Assembly: GCA_965250285.1 (NCBI GenBank)
Contig: OZ252299.1
Coordinates: 3,136,001 to 3,200,000 of the forward strand
DNA: 64,000 bases
From: Myxococcota bacterium
GTDB taxonomy: Bacteria; Myxococcota_A; UBA9160; UBA4427
Direction: 5' to 3'
Part shown: positions 19,734 to 29,610 of the stretch, piece after piece
Numbering within the stretch: position 1 is the stretch's first letter
How the letters are laid out: every line of letters begins with the position of its first letter
Notes under the pieces: model-generated
What the model was told of the DNA's origin: nothing
Seen by the model: the letters and a program-made list of their open reading frames with translations, nothing else
The model's database searches: none
Position numbers and translations under genes: made by a program

Positions 19734-20105
19734 ATGTTCGACTCGGCCCTCGACCACGTCTCGATCACCGTCGACGACTTCGAGGCGGCGCGCCCGTTCT
19801 ACGAGGACGTGCTCGGCTTGAAGCAGGATCCCACGCGACCGGCGTTCGGCGTCGCCGGCGCCTGGTACGGGGTGGGGAACAGCCAGATCCATCTGATCGA
19901 AGTGCCCGCCGATGCCGACCTCGGCACCAAGCCCCCGAAGCTCGTGCCGATGGCGCCGCACCTCGCGCTGCGCGTCGACGACTACGACGCGACGGTCGCC
20001 CACTTCAAGGCGCGCGACATCGAGGTGTTCGAGACGAACGCCGACAACGGGCAGTGCTGGGTGCGGGATCCCGCCGGCAACATCATCGAGCTGACCGCAC
20101 GCTGA
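19734..20105 (+). CDS. VOC/glyoxalase family protein
   Basis: LDHVSITV, FYEDVLGL, HLALRV, RDPAGNIIEL. Confidence 0.9.
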   Translation: MFDSALDHVSITVDDFEAARPFYEDVLGLKQDPTRPAFGVAGAWYGVGNSQIHLIEVPADADLGTKPPKLVPMAPHLALRVDDYDATVAHFKARDIEVFETNADNGQCWVRDPAGNIIELTAR

Positions 20106-20138
20106 CAGCACGCGCTCGCCGAGCCCGCTGGCGATCCG

Positions 20139-21020
20139 CTAGCCGAGCCAGTCGGCGACACGCTCGACCTGCGCGACGTCGATCGACGTCGGCACCAGGA
20201 ACACTTCGTCGGTGCCCAGCGCGGCGAGCTCGTCGAGCGTCGCGCGCAGCGCCGACGCATCCCCCGCAAAACCGGTCGTCGGCACGACCGAGTCGACGAA
20301 CGACGACGGCAGCCAGCTGAGATAGCGGCGCAGATGCCCGCCGATCTGGTCGCGCGGGTCATCGCCCGCCGCGAACCAGAAACCCACCGAGAGACGCGGC
20401 GCCGGCTTGTCGGCGGTTTGCCACGCCTCGCGGGCCCGGTCGAACGCCGTCGCGATCTCGCCGGCGTCGGGCCCCCAGCTGAAGCCCGAGAGGCCGTCGG
20501 CCCAGCGCGCTGCCTTCGCGATCGCGCGCGGCCCGAGGGCGCCCGCGAGCAGCTCGGGCCCGCCCGGCTGCACGGGCTTCGGTTCGAGCGCGCGGTCGAT
20601 GCCTCGGCCGATCGGCTCGCCCGACCACAGCGCGCGCAGCTTCTGCGCGCGGCGCACGAGCTCGTCGTTCGTCTTCGCCGACAGATCCGCCCCGACGGCG
20701 ATGTAGTCTTCTTCGCGCCCGCCGATGCCGAGACCGACGCTCAACCGCCCGCCCGAGAGCACGTCGACGGTCGCGAGCTGCTTGGCGAGCCACACCGGGT
20801 CGTGCATGGGGCCGATGACGACCGTGGTGACGAGCTGGACGCGCTCGGTCAACACGGCGCACGCAGCGAGCAGCGTCGTCAGCTCGGGGTTCACGAACGC
20901 GATGCGCTCGCCCATCGCCAGCGAGTGCCACGGCCCCGCCTCCACGACCTGCACCCAGCGCCGGAGCGCCTCACGATCGAGGCCCGGCTCCATCACGGGC
21001 AGCGTCATCGAGATCTTCAT
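20139..21020 (-). CDS. LLM-class flavin-dependent oxidoreductase
   Basis: AKQLATVDVLSGGRLSVGLGIG. Confidence 0.9.
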   Translation of the reverse strand: MKISMTLPVMEPGLDREALRRWVQVVEAGPWHSLAMGERIAFVNPELTTLLAACAVLTERVQLVTTVVIGPMHDPVWLAKQLATVDVLSGGRLSVGLGIGGREEDYIAVGADLSAKTNDELVRRAQKLRALWSGEPIGRGIDRALEPKPVQPGGPELLAGALGPRAIAKAARWADGLSGFSWGPDAGEIATAFDRAREAWQTADKPAPRLSVGFWFAAGDDPRDQIGGHLRRYLSWLPSSFVDSVVPTTGFAGDASALRATLDELAALGTDEVFLVPTSIDVAQVERVADWLG

Positions 21021-21182
21021 CGCAGTCGTCTCACTCCTCGAACTTCTCGACCTCCTCGAAACCGGCGCCCGGAGCGTCAGATTTCGCGTGAGGTTGCACG
21101 TTTTCGCGCCCCACGGTCGCAGATCGCGGGTGGGGTCGGATATGTAGTCAACTCCCCATGCGGTTCGCTCGATGCGCCCCTC

Positions 21183-21932
21183 ATGGCCGTGCTCGTCATC
21201 TCCATCCCGCTCTGCGCCCTGATGCTGTTCGTCGGCGTGCGCGTCCTCGTCGTGACGCGAAGAGCGGGCGGCACGACCGAGCAGCTGGTCGGCGATGCGT
21301 TCGTGCTGCTCGGCCTCGGTGGCCTACCGGGTCTGCTCGCCGGCCACGGTGACCTCTTCGCGCCATCGATCCAGCCGACGTTCTTCTGCGCCGGTCAGAT
21401 CCTGATGGCCGGCGCGTTCTGCTGTCTCTACCTCTTCGCGTGGCGCTGCTTCGGCCGCGCAACGCAGTGGCGCAAGGGGCTCGCGCTGACCGGCATTGCG
21501 GGTCAGGTCGCCGGCTTCGCTGCCCTCGGCGTGCTCGAAGGCTTCGAGCCCCAGAGCGGCGGCGTCGTGCGCTTCGTCTCGCTCTCGCGGTTGATCGCGA
21601 TCGGGTGGTGCTTCGCCGAGTCGCTCCACTACTGGCGGCTGATGAGGCGACGCGGCGGGCTCGGCCTCGCCGACCCGGTCGTGACGAATCGCTTCGCCCT
21701 GTGGTGCGGCTGGACCGGCGGGCTCGTCGCCGCTTCGATGATCGTGGCCTTCGCCCGCTTCGCGCGCACGAACATCACGCTCGACTTCTCGAACCCCTTC
21801 GACGCGGTGATCATCGCCTCGACATTCGCAGCGCTCGTCGTGTCGATCATCAGCCTGACCCTCGCCTTCCTCCCCCCCGCTCGCTACCTCGACTGGGTCC
21901 GCCGGCGCGCCGACGCGAGCTCCCACGCCTAG
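21183..21932 (+). CDS. Multi-pass membrane hypothetical protein (~7 TM)
   Basis: Alternating hydrophobic helices; GLADPVVTNRF and FLPPARY motifs. Confidence 0.7.
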   Translation: MAVLVISIPLCALMLFVGVRVLVVTRRAGGTTEQLVGDAFVLLGLGGLPGLLAGHGDLFAPSIQPTFFCAGQILMAGAFCCLYLFAWRCFGRATQWRKGLALTGIAGQVAGFAALGVLEGFEPQSGGVVRFVSLSRLIAIGWCFAESLHYWRLMRRRGGLGLADPVVTNRFALWCGWTGGLVAASMIVAFARFARTNITLDFSNPFDAVIIASTFAALVVSIISLTLAFLPPARYLDWVRRRADASSHA

Positions 21933-21982
21933 CCGCCGCCTCTGCGACGCGCCGCGCGCTTCGCGTCCTGCGTCGTCGCGCC

Positions 21983-23278
21983 CTACGTCGTGTAGTCGGC
22001 GTTGATGTGGATGTACTCGTGGGTCAGGTCGCAGCCCCACGCCTTGAAGCGGTGGCGGGGCTCGCCGATCTCGACGCCGATCCGCGTCGTCTTCGCCTTG
22101 CGCATCGCCTGGGACAGCCCCTCGAGGTCGGCCTCGACCGCCGCCCCGCGATCGAAGACCGTCTCGCCCATCACGCGAATCACGAGCGACGCCGGGTCGA
22201 CCCGATCGAACGAGACGTCGGCCACCGGCTTGCCGATCGCCATCACGATGCGACCCCAGTTCGGATCGGCGCCGTGCACCGCCGTCTTCATGAGCGGCGA
22301 GTTGATCAGCGTCTTGGCGAGCGCGCGGGCATCGGCTTCGTTCGTCTCGACGGCGACCTCGACCTCGATCAGGTTTTCGACGCCCTCGCCCCGCCCCACC
22401 ACGTCCCGCGCCAGCTTGGCGCAGAGCATCAGCAGCGCCCGCTCGAAGTCGGCGACGGCCGCGGTCGGTACGTCGACTTCGTCGGTGCTGAAGATCGCGA
22501 CCGTGTCGCTCGTGCTGGTATCGCTGTCGACGCTGATGGCGTTCCACGTGCGCTCGGCGCAGCGGCGCAGCATCGCGTCGAGCTCGCTCGACGGCAGCCG
22601 AGCGTTCGTGAAGAGATAGCCGAGCATCGTGGCCATGTTCGGCTCGATCATGCCCGCGCCCTTCACGAACCCGCACAGCACCAGATCGCCGAGCTTCACC
22701 GATGCCCACTTCGGCGCCGGGTCGGTCGTGAGGATCGCCTCGGCGGGCCCTTCGAGCGCCCCCGGTTCGAGCCCGTCGGCCAGGCCCGGGATGCCGCCGA
22801 GAATGCGATCCATCGGCAGCGGCACCCCGATCACACCGGTGCACGAGAGCAGGATGTCACCCGGTGCGACGTTCAGGTCTTCGGAGAGTGCCGCCAGAAT
22901 CTCGTCGACATGTCGGGCCCCGTCGGGCGTGAACACGTTGGCGTTCTTCGAGACGACGGCGAGACACTGCAGCCGGCCATCGGCCACGTTGGCGCGCCCC
23001 GAGACGACGGCGTCGCCCGGGCAGCGGTTTCGGGTGAAGATGGCGGCGGCGGGGCCCGGTCTGGGCAGCCGAACGGCGCAGAAATCGAGCACACCGGGGG
23101 GACCGACACCCAGGGCCCTGGCGACACTCTCGATGCCGGAGGGCTGGTGGACGAGCGCGTTCTCGAGCTCGACGCGGCCCGGGCCCGACTCGGCCTCGAA
23201 GGCGAAACGATCCTGCTCGCAGCCCACGCCGTCGATCTCGGTGAGCTCGATCGAGCGATCCGGCCAGATGAACGGCAC
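21983..23278 (-). CDS. argJ: Ornithine acetyltransferase (ArgJ family, Oat2-like)
   Basis: TGVIG, ILTTD, KGAGMIEPNMATML (autocleavage A|T), DTSTSDT, KTAVHGADPNWGR, NADYTT. Confidence 0.92.
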   Translation of the reverse strand: MPFIWPDRSIELTEIDGVGCEQDRFAFEAESGPGRVELENALVHQPSGIESVARALGVGPPGVLDFCAVRLPRPGPAAAIFTRNRCPGDAVVSGRANVADGRLQCLAVVSKNANVFTPDGARHVDEILAALSEDLNVAPGDILLSCTGVIGVPLPMDRILGGIPGLADGLEPGALEGPAEAILTTDPAPKWASVKLGDLVLCGFVKGAGMIEPNMATMLGYLFTNARLPSSELDAMLRRCAERTWNAISVDSDTSTSDTVAIFSTDEVDVPTAAVADFERALLMLCAKLARDVVGRGEGVENLIEVEVAVETNEADARALAKTLINSPLMKTAVHGADPNWGRIVMAIGKPVADVSFDRVDPASLVIRVMGETVFDRGAAVEADLEGLSQAMRKAKTTRIGVEIGEPRHRFKAWGCDLTHEYIHINADYTT

Positions 23279-23570
23279 CCGGGGACTCCCTCTTCGGTGA
23301 AGAACGTGGCGGCGGAAGCTAGCAGCACCCGCCCGCGCCCTCGATCGGGGCCTCTGGGCGCCCCGCGGCGGACCCGCTACGCTCCCGCGAGTTGTGCTCC
23401 GCACTCGTGCTCGGTTGGGACCCCAGCGAGTCGCGTGTTCTTTGCGGAGTGCGGTCCATCCCCGATCCAGGCTTCAAGGTGAGGCCACGAGATCTCGCGA
23501 GGACAAGATTCCCCGGCTCCACAGCGCCACCCAGTGCGGAGCAATGCCCGGCGTCGGGGAGGAGAGCGTT

Positions 23571-23774
23571 TTGGCACAAGGCACGGTCAAGTGGTTCAGC
23601 GACGAAAAGGGCTACGGCTTCATCACCCCCGATGACGGCTCGAAGGATCTCTTCGTTCATTTCTCGAACATCGTCGGCGATGGCTTCAAGTCGCTGCAGG
23701 ACGGCCAGAAGGTCTCCTACGAGCCCGCCGAGGGCCGTAAGGGTCCGGAGGCCACGTCGGTCCAGCCGCAGTAG
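23571..23774 (+). CDS. csp: Cold-shock protein
   Basis: TTG start after [26 protein letters not shown]. Confidence 0.96.
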   Translation: MAQGTVKWFSDEKGYGFITPDDGSKDLFVHFSNIVGDGFKSLQDGQKVSYEPAEGRKGPEATSVQPQ

Positions 23775-23823
23775 GCGAATCGTCGTATCCGGTCGGCTCT
23801 CGTGAGTCGAGCGGACGAACACG

Positions 23824-23861
23824 AGAGGCGGCCCGTTTCGACGGGTCGCCTCTTCTCGTTT
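23824..23861 (+). terminator. Rho-independent terminator
   Basis: AGAGGCGGCCCGT-TTCG-ACGGGTCGCCTCT followed by TCTCGTTT. Confidence 0.75.
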
Positions 23862-24040
23862 CGGGCTTCGACTGAGCCCGGGCGCCCCGTTCGACCCGCG
23901 GTCTCGGCCGACCGCGGCCCAGCGCGGAACCCGCCGAGCAGGCGGGGCACCCAACCGCCGCTCTGTTCACGAGACAAGCAGGTGACCCCATCCGACCGCA
24001 TCGCCCCTCGCGCTCGCGCACCGATCGCTCCCCGCTCGGG

Positions 24041-24940
24041 TGGGGGGCGATCTCGATCGTCCTGCTGGGGTGCCTGCTGACGCTGCCCGGCCGGGCCAGC
24101 GCCCAGAGCGCCGGCGAGCGACAGCCCGTGCACTGGGCGTTCGGCGCGTTCCTCGGCACCGGTGTGTACCGGCTCGACGAAGGGCGCACGGCCTTCACGA
24201 TTCAGATCCCCGCGCGCTGGACGCTCAGCCGGTCGGCGCTCGGCCAGGACGGCGAGCGCCGTATCGGACTCGAGCTTCGCTTTCCCGTGACCCTGGGCGT
24301 GCTGACGGGCGACTCGATCCAGGACTACATCGACCAGTCGGTGTACGGCACGATCGCGTTCACACCCGGGATCGAGGCCGAGATCGAGGTGTTCCGCGAT
24401 CTCTGGCTGCGCCCTTCGTTCGCGATGGGCTGGGGCACCGAGCTCGGCCCCGATCCCGTCATCGACCCGAACGACCCCGACCCGCCCGAGGCGCTGTCGT
24501 CGGCGCTGATCTATCAGGTCGGGCTCAAGTCGCGATACAGGCTGCCCATCGACCGGGGCGTGTGGTCGCTGCTCGGCTTCGTGCAGTACGCCGGCTACAA
24601 CCCGAGCGAAGGCCCATCGGCCGATCTGCTGCTGGTCACCGGCGGCTTCGAGACGCGGCAACGGCTCGGCTCGCTGATGCGCGGCAACCATGCCCTCTTC
24701 TGGGAGACCCACGCCACGTACAACTACGTGAGCGACCTCGACCGGCTCCGCAACGGGCCCGGCCAGCCGGTCGGCATCGACGACTTCGTCGAGGTCGGGC
24801 TCGCCGTGAGCCAGGGCGTCGTGCCCTTTCGCCTCTTCGGGTGGCTGCCGATCGAGCGGGTGGGCATCGCCTTCCAGCTGAGCACCGACCTCGACTACCG
24901 CGCGGTAAAGCTGAACTTCCGTTCACCTTTTCGTCGCTAG
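24041..24940 (+). CDS. Exported, probable outer-membrane beta-barrel protein (start unresolved)
   Basis: In-frame signal-peptide-like WGAISIVLLGCLLTLPGRASA upstream of GTG 24128; amphipathic strands, C-terminal LNFRSPF. Confidence 0.55.
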   Translation, partial: WGAISIVLLGCLLTLPGRASAQSAGERQPVHWAFGAFLGTGVYRLDEGRTAFTIQIPARWTLSRSALGQDGERRIGLELRFPVTLGVLTGDSIQDYIDQSVYGTIAFTPGIEAEIEVFRDLWLRPSFAMGWGTELGPDPVIDPNDPDPPEALSSALIYQVGLKSRYRLPIDRGVWSLLGFVQYAGYNPSEGPSADLLLVTGGFETRQRLGSLMRGNHALFWETHATYNYVSDLDRLRNGPGQPVGIDDFVEVGLAVSQGVVPFRLFGWLPIERVGIAFQLSTDLDYRAVKLNFRSPFRR

Positions 24941-24965
24941 GCGGGCACGCCAGGCTCGGCCGCAA

Positions 24966-25466
24966 TCAGCCCGTGCGCGCGCCGTCGGCGATCGCGAGGA
25001 GCGCCTCGGCAACGGCCTCCTTGTGGTCGAGCAGCAGCAGCTTCGCAGGTCGATCCGGCCCGAAGAGCAGCGGGCCGAGCACGTCGCTGCCACACGCGAG
25101 CCGCACCACGAGCACGCGACCGGCGTGCCGGGCGACGACCGTTTCGACGCGACGGGCCATGCGCTCGGCACAGTCGTCCGTCACGAGCAAGAGCCGGGAC
25201 ACGCGTTCGCCGCGCGTGGCGCCGCTTCGGCGGTCGGCGCGCTGCATGCCGCGTAGCTCGGCGGCCAGCCGCTCTTCGGCTCGCTCGAGCCCCCGCGTCA
25301 CCTGCCCCGCCGCGTGAACGCTCTCGAGCACGTCGCGCAGCGCGCGCCCGAGCGGGACGACGGGCACCTCGAGCTGGCCCTTCGGCCAGAGGCGCTCGGT
25401 GCCCCTCAGCGCCCGCTCGACATCGGCGGTGCGCCCTTCGAGCTCGATGCGCTTCGGGAGCTTCAC
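24966..25466 (-). CDS. Hypothetical protein, possible L7Ae/L30e-like RNA-binding fold
   Basis: GQVTRG...RLLLVTDDCAE...LGPLL pattern resembles L7Ae. Confidence 0.45.
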   Translation of the reverse strand: MKLPKRIELEGRTADVERALRGTERLWPKGQLEVPVVPLGRALRDVLESVHAAGQVTRGLERAEERLAAELRGMQRADRRSGATRGERVSRLLLVTDDCAERMARRVETVVARHAGRVLVVRLACGSDVLGPLLFGPDRPAKLLLLDHKEAVAEALLAIADGARTG

Positions 25467-25509
25467 GCGTCGCCGGTACGGCGGGGCCGGGCCGGCCTCG
25501 AGTCGAACT

Positions 25510-26922
25510 TCATGCGCGCGCGGGCACCCATGACCCGTGAAATCCGTTGGGGACGCGCGTATCGAGGCGCGCCACGCACACCGGGCCTGCGTCGAGCTGT
25601 TGCGCGTCGAAGATCGCGAGCTCGCTCGTGTTCGTCGGGGCGCGGTAGATCACGCTGAGCACCCAGCCCTCGCCCTCGGGCGCATCGTCGGCGCGCGGCA
25701 CGAAGACCGGCTCCGATGCGTAGTCACCCTGCGGCAACGAGAAGGTCGTGCGCCGCCCGGCCTCGAGGTCGTAGTGCACGAGGGTGTCGTAGAGCGTGCG
25801 CGCCGCCGTGCCGTGCACGCTGGCTGCCGCCCAGCCGTGGCGATACGGCAGCCCGTTCACGCGATCGTCGATGCGCGGGAACTCGGCCGGCTCGTCATCG
25901 AGGCGTTCGGCGTGCCAGCCTTCGCTCTTCTCGGCCGACTCGATCGTCCAGCGCTCGAGGTACGCCAGCGCGTCGGCACGCTTCGGTCGGCTGCCATCGG
26001 CGCCCGGGAAGCCGGGCGCCGCGCCGTACTTCATCACATCGAGCACGATCGCGTCGCCGTCTTCGTACGCGTTCATCGGGTGGAAGACGTACGAGGGGTC
26101 GCCCGAGAGCCAGCGCACCTCGGTGACCGGCTGGTCGCGGCGCAGCACGCCGATGTGCGTCGGCAGGCTGCGATCGAACCCGATGAAGGGGCCGCCCTTC
26201 ATCGCGCGCCCGACGTCGATGGTCGCGGGGAAGATCGGGAACAACACGTAGTGCTCGGTGATGGCGAAGTCGTGGACCATCGAGCCGTACGGTGCGTCGA
26301 AGTGATCGACGCGAGTGAGGCGCCCCTCGGCGTCGGCCACGTAGTAGCCGAGACCCGGAGCCCCGAAGCCACCCACGCCGTACGCGAAGAAGTGCAGCTC
26401 GCCGGTCTTCGGATCGACCTTCGGGTGCGCCGTCATGTGACCGGGCAGCTTGCCGTCGAAGTCCCACGAGCCGAGCGAGCGCAGCGTGTCGGCCTCGAGC
26501 TCGAAGGGCGGGCTCGCCTCTTCGAGCGCCAGCAGCCGGCCGGCGTGAGAGACGATGTGGGTATTGGCGACGTTCGACGGGATGCCCTGCGCGCGCTCGT
26601 CGGTCTCGAGCGGATTGCCGAAGGCGCCAAAGAGCGCCTCGCCCGCCGCTGCGTCGGCCTCCCACTTCTTCGTGCGCACCCAGCGGTTGAGATACGACAC
26701 GCGTCCATCGCGCATGTGGAAGGCGTGCACCATGCCGTCGCCCGTGAAGTAGTGGTACGCGCCGCGGGGGGCGTGCAGCGGGTTGGGGCCGTTGCGATAG
26801 AGCGTGCCCTCGAGGCCGTCGGGCATGTCGCCCTCGAGCACCAGGTCGGGGGCGTCGACCTCGGCGCGCAGCGGCGCGTAGTTGCCGTTCAGGAAGGGAT
26901 GGTCGGGATAGGGCGTGGCCAT
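25510..26922 (-). CDS. Carotenoid oxygenase / lignostilbene dioxygenase family
   Basis: RNGPNP, GDGMVH; four iron His: TAHPK, MVHDF, VFHPMN, GFHG; EPVFVPR. Confidence 0.93.
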   Translation of the reverse strand: MATPYPDHPFLNGNYAPLRAEVDAPDLVLEGDMPDGLEGTLYRNGPNPLHAPRGAYHYFTGDGMVHAFHMRDGRVSYLNRWVRTKKWEADAAAGEALFGAFGNPLETDERAQGIPSNVANTHIVSHAGRLLALEEASPPFELEADTLRSLGSWDFDGKLPGHMTAHPKVDPKTGELHFFAYGVGGFGAPGLGYYVADAEGRLTRVDHFDAPYGSMVHDFAITEHYVLFPIFPATIDVGRAMKGGPFIGFDRSLPTHIGVLRRDQPVTEVRWLSGDPSYVFHPMNAYEDGDAIVLDVMKYGAAPGFPGADGSRPKRADALAYLERWTIESAEKSEGWHAERLDDEPAEFPRIDDRVNGLPYRHGWAAASVHGTAARTLYDTLVHYDLEAGRRTTFSLPQGDYASEPVFVPRADDAPEGEGWVLSVIYRAPTNTSELAIFDAQQLDAGPVCVARLDTRVPNGFHGSWVPARA

Positions 26923-26995
26923 GGGGCGGTGCTCCGAGCGGGTGTCAGCGGGCGTCGGGCCGGGCCGCAGACGCGAGCGATTTCGATGCCGAAGT

Positions 26996-27556
26996 CTAGG
27001 TCAACGACTCGGCGTCGATCAGCTCGGCGACCAGCGTCTGGAGCGCCCGTCGAGCCCGGCGGGTCGTCGCCGTCTCGGGGGCCCGCCGCGCGGTGCGCAC
27101 GAGCTGGCGCAGCTGCTGACGATCGGCGTGGGGGGTCCGCTCGACGAGCGCCTGAATCGCCGGATCCCCCTCCTCGAGCAGCCGCTCGAGCCACTGCGCG
27201 GCCGGACCGGGTGGCCCGGAGGCACCCGGCGCGTAGCTCGATCCCAGTCCGCGCTCGAGCCGCTGCTCGAGGGCCTCGAGGTCGCTGCGCCGAAGGATGC
27301 CATGCACGAACTTCGCCTGGCGGTTGCGCGCCGAGCCCTTGAGCGCGTTCAGCTCGGCGAGGGCCTTGCAAAGATCTTCATCGAGCTTCAGCGCCTCGCG
27401 CTCGTGCGGGCGCAGCGCGACCAGACGCTGGGTCAGCGCCTCGATGCCCTGGCGCTCCTGTTTCTTCTCGCGGTGGGAACGGCGATGCGGCGCATCGGCT
27501 TCGGCCGCGGCGTTCGACTCGCTCGGTGTCTCGGGATCCCGGCGGCGCGCAGTCAT
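26996..27556 (-). CDS. yjgA: Ribosome-associated protein YjgA/DarP (DUF615)
   Basis: ARNRQAKFV, WLERLL, DRQQLRQLVR. Confidence 0.75.
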   Translation of the reverse strand: MTARRRDPETPSESNAAAEADAPHRRSHREKKQERQGIEALTQRLVALRPHEREALKLDEDLCKALAELNALKGSARNRQAKFVHGILRRSDLEALEQRLERGLGSSYAPGASGPPGPAAQWLERLLEEGDPAIQALVERTPHADRQQLRQLVRTARRAPETATTRRARRALQTLVAELIDAESLT

Positions 27557-27608
27557 GGCGCGCGAACGCTAGCCCTGCCCGTGCGATCCGACGAACCCGA
27601 GGCGAGCG

Positions 27609-27983
27609 CTACTCGGGCGGATCGAGATCGAGCCCCAGCTCGCGCTGCCGCTTCTTCGAGAGCCCGAGACCGACAATGCGGTGCGATTCGCGGATCAGTG
27701 TCTCGAGGGCCGCTGCATCGAGCCCGGGCGCGGCGTAGTGCTGAATCCAGGTCATGCCCCGCGACGCCAGATAGGGCGCGGGGCGCACCCCGGGCAGCGC
27801 GGTCAACATGTCGAAGTCGTCGGCGCTCACCTTGAACGTGAACGCGGGCTCGTCCTCGGCCCAGCCGCCGATCGCGAAGACCTTGCCGCCGACCTTCCAG
27901 ACATCGGAGCCGCCCCACTGCACGACGTGGGTCGTCGCGGGCAACCCCTTGCAGAACGCGTTGAACGCGTCGTAGGAGAGCAT
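27609..27983 (-). CDS. MmcQ/YjbR family protein
   Basis: QWGGSDVWKVGGKVFA, FKV, PAPYLA. Confidence 0.88.
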   Translation of the reverse strand: MLSYDAFNAFCKGLPATTHVVQWGGSDVWKVGGKVFAIGGWAEDEPAFTFKVSADDFDMLTALPGVRPAPYLASRGMTWIQHYAAPGLDAAALETLIRESHRIVGLGLSKKRQRELGLDLDPPE

Positions 27984-28108
27984 GGGGCGAAGCATTGCAC
28001 GTCGGCGCAATCCGGTCTCGCGGCGCTCGTCGCGTCGGCGTCGCGGCGCGCTAGCGTCCACCGGCGAGCACGCCAGCGCACGAACCCCAACGCAGGGAGA
28101 GCGAACCC

Positions 28109-28945
28109 ATGAGCGATCACGTCGAAGGCAAGGTCATCGTCATCACCGGCGCCGGGGGCGGCTTCGGCCGGCTCGTGACCCAGAAGTGCGCCGCCCGCGG
28201 CGCGCGCATCGTCGCCGCCGACATCGACGAGGCGGCGCTCGCCGAGACGCTCGCATCGACGCAGGATGCGCCGGGCAAGGTCATCACGATGCGCACCGAC
28301 GTCACGCGGCTCGACGAGATGCGGGCGCTCGCGGCGCGCGCCATCGATGAGTTCGGTGCCCTCGACGTCATGGTGAACAACGCGGGCACGATGCCGCTCG
28401 CGCTGTATGCCGACCACGAGATCGCGGGCGCAGCCTGGGATCGCTGCATCGACATCAACATCAAGGGCGTGCTGCACGGCATCATGGCGGCCTGGGACGC
28501 GATGATCGAGCAAGGGCGCGGTCAGGTGATCAACATCTCGTCGATCTACGGCAACTATCCCGTTGCAGGGGCGGCGGTCTACGGGGCGACGAAGGCGGCG
28601 GTAAACGTCCTCTCCGAATCGCTGCGCCAGGAATCGCAGGGCCGCATCAAGGTGACCACGGTGCGGCCGACGGGTGTGCCGGGGACGGGTCTGGGCGCAG
28701 GCGTACTCAACCCGGCCGCCCTCGGCGGGATCCTCGGCAAGCACGAGGAACCCTTCATGCAGACGATGGGTGAGCTCATGGGCGAGAACCCCCCGGCCGA
28801 GCTCGCCGACCCCGAGCGCATCGAGTACTACATGCTCTCGCCCGAGCTGCTGGCCGATCAGATCGTGTACGTCATCGACCAGCCGTGGGGCGTCTCGATC
28901 GGGGACATCACCGTGCGCGCATCGGGCGACGTGTACGTCATCTGA
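28109..28945 (+). CDS. SDR oxidoreductase
   Basis: TGAGGGFG, VNNAG, YGATK. Confidence 0.93.
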   Translation: MSDHVEGKVIVITGAGGGFGRLVTQKCAARGARIVAADIDEAALAETLASTQDAPGKVITMRTDVTRLDEMRALAARAIDEFGALDVMVNNAGTMPLALYADHEIAGAAWDRCIDINIKGVLHGIMAAWDAMIEQGRGQVINISSIYGNYPVAGAAVYGATKAAVNVLSESLRQESQGRIKVTTVRPTGVPGTGLGAGVLNPAALGGILGKHEEPFMQTMGELMGENPPAELADPERIEYYMLSPELLADQIVYVIDQPWGVSIGDITVRASGDVYVI

Positions 28946-28991
28946 GATCTGAGGACGTGATCGGATCCCCGGCCAACCGGAGCATCGGCCC

Positions 28992-29603
28992 GTGCTGACG
29001 ATCCACCACTCGCCGCAGTCGCGATCGACGCGCGTCGTCTGGTACTGCGAAGAGCTCGGCCTCGACTATCGACTCGAGCCCGTCGAGATGTTCAGCGATG
29101 CGATGAAGCGGCCCGAGTACCTGGCCGTTCACCCGCTCGGCAAGGTGCCCGCCCTCGACGACGACGGGTTCGTGCTCTGGGAGACGGGCGCGATCCTGCA
29201 GTATCTCGACGCGAAGCACGGCGGCGGGGCGCTGATCCCGCCGCCCGACACCGAAGCCGGTGCGCGCACTGCCCAGTGGATGGGGTTTGGCGAGAATCCG
29301 CTCACCATCATCATGGGCGAGATCGCCGCCCACAGCGGACCGATGCCCGAGAAGTGGCGGGTGCCCGCGCTCGTCGATCGGGGTCGCGAGACCGCGCCCG
29401 AGCTGGTCGCGGTCGTCGAGCGCGCGCTGGGCGACGCCCCCTGGATCGTCGGCGAGACGTTCAGCGCCGCCGACATCATGCTGGCCTACGGCTTGATGAT
29501 TGCGCGGCACCTGGGCTTCGTGAGCGAAGCGACGCCACGCACGCTCGCGTACTGCGATCGCGCGATGGCCCGCCCCGCCTTCGGCCGAGCGATGGGCGCC
29601 TAG
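28992..29603 (+). CDS. Glutathione S-transferase
   Basis: SPQSRS, HPLGKVP, LWETGAI, FSAADI. Confidence 0.92.
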   Translation: MLTIHHSPQSRSTRVVWYCEELGLDYRLEPVEMFSDAMKRPEYLAVHPLGKVPALDDDGFVLWETGAILQYLDAKHGGGALIPPPDTEAGARTAQWMGFGENPLTIIMGEIAAHSGPMPEKWRVPALVDRGRETAPELVAVVERALGDAPWIVGETFSAADIMLAYGLMIARHLGFVSEATPRTLAYCDRAMARPAFGRAMGA

Positions 29604-29610
29604 ACGAAAG

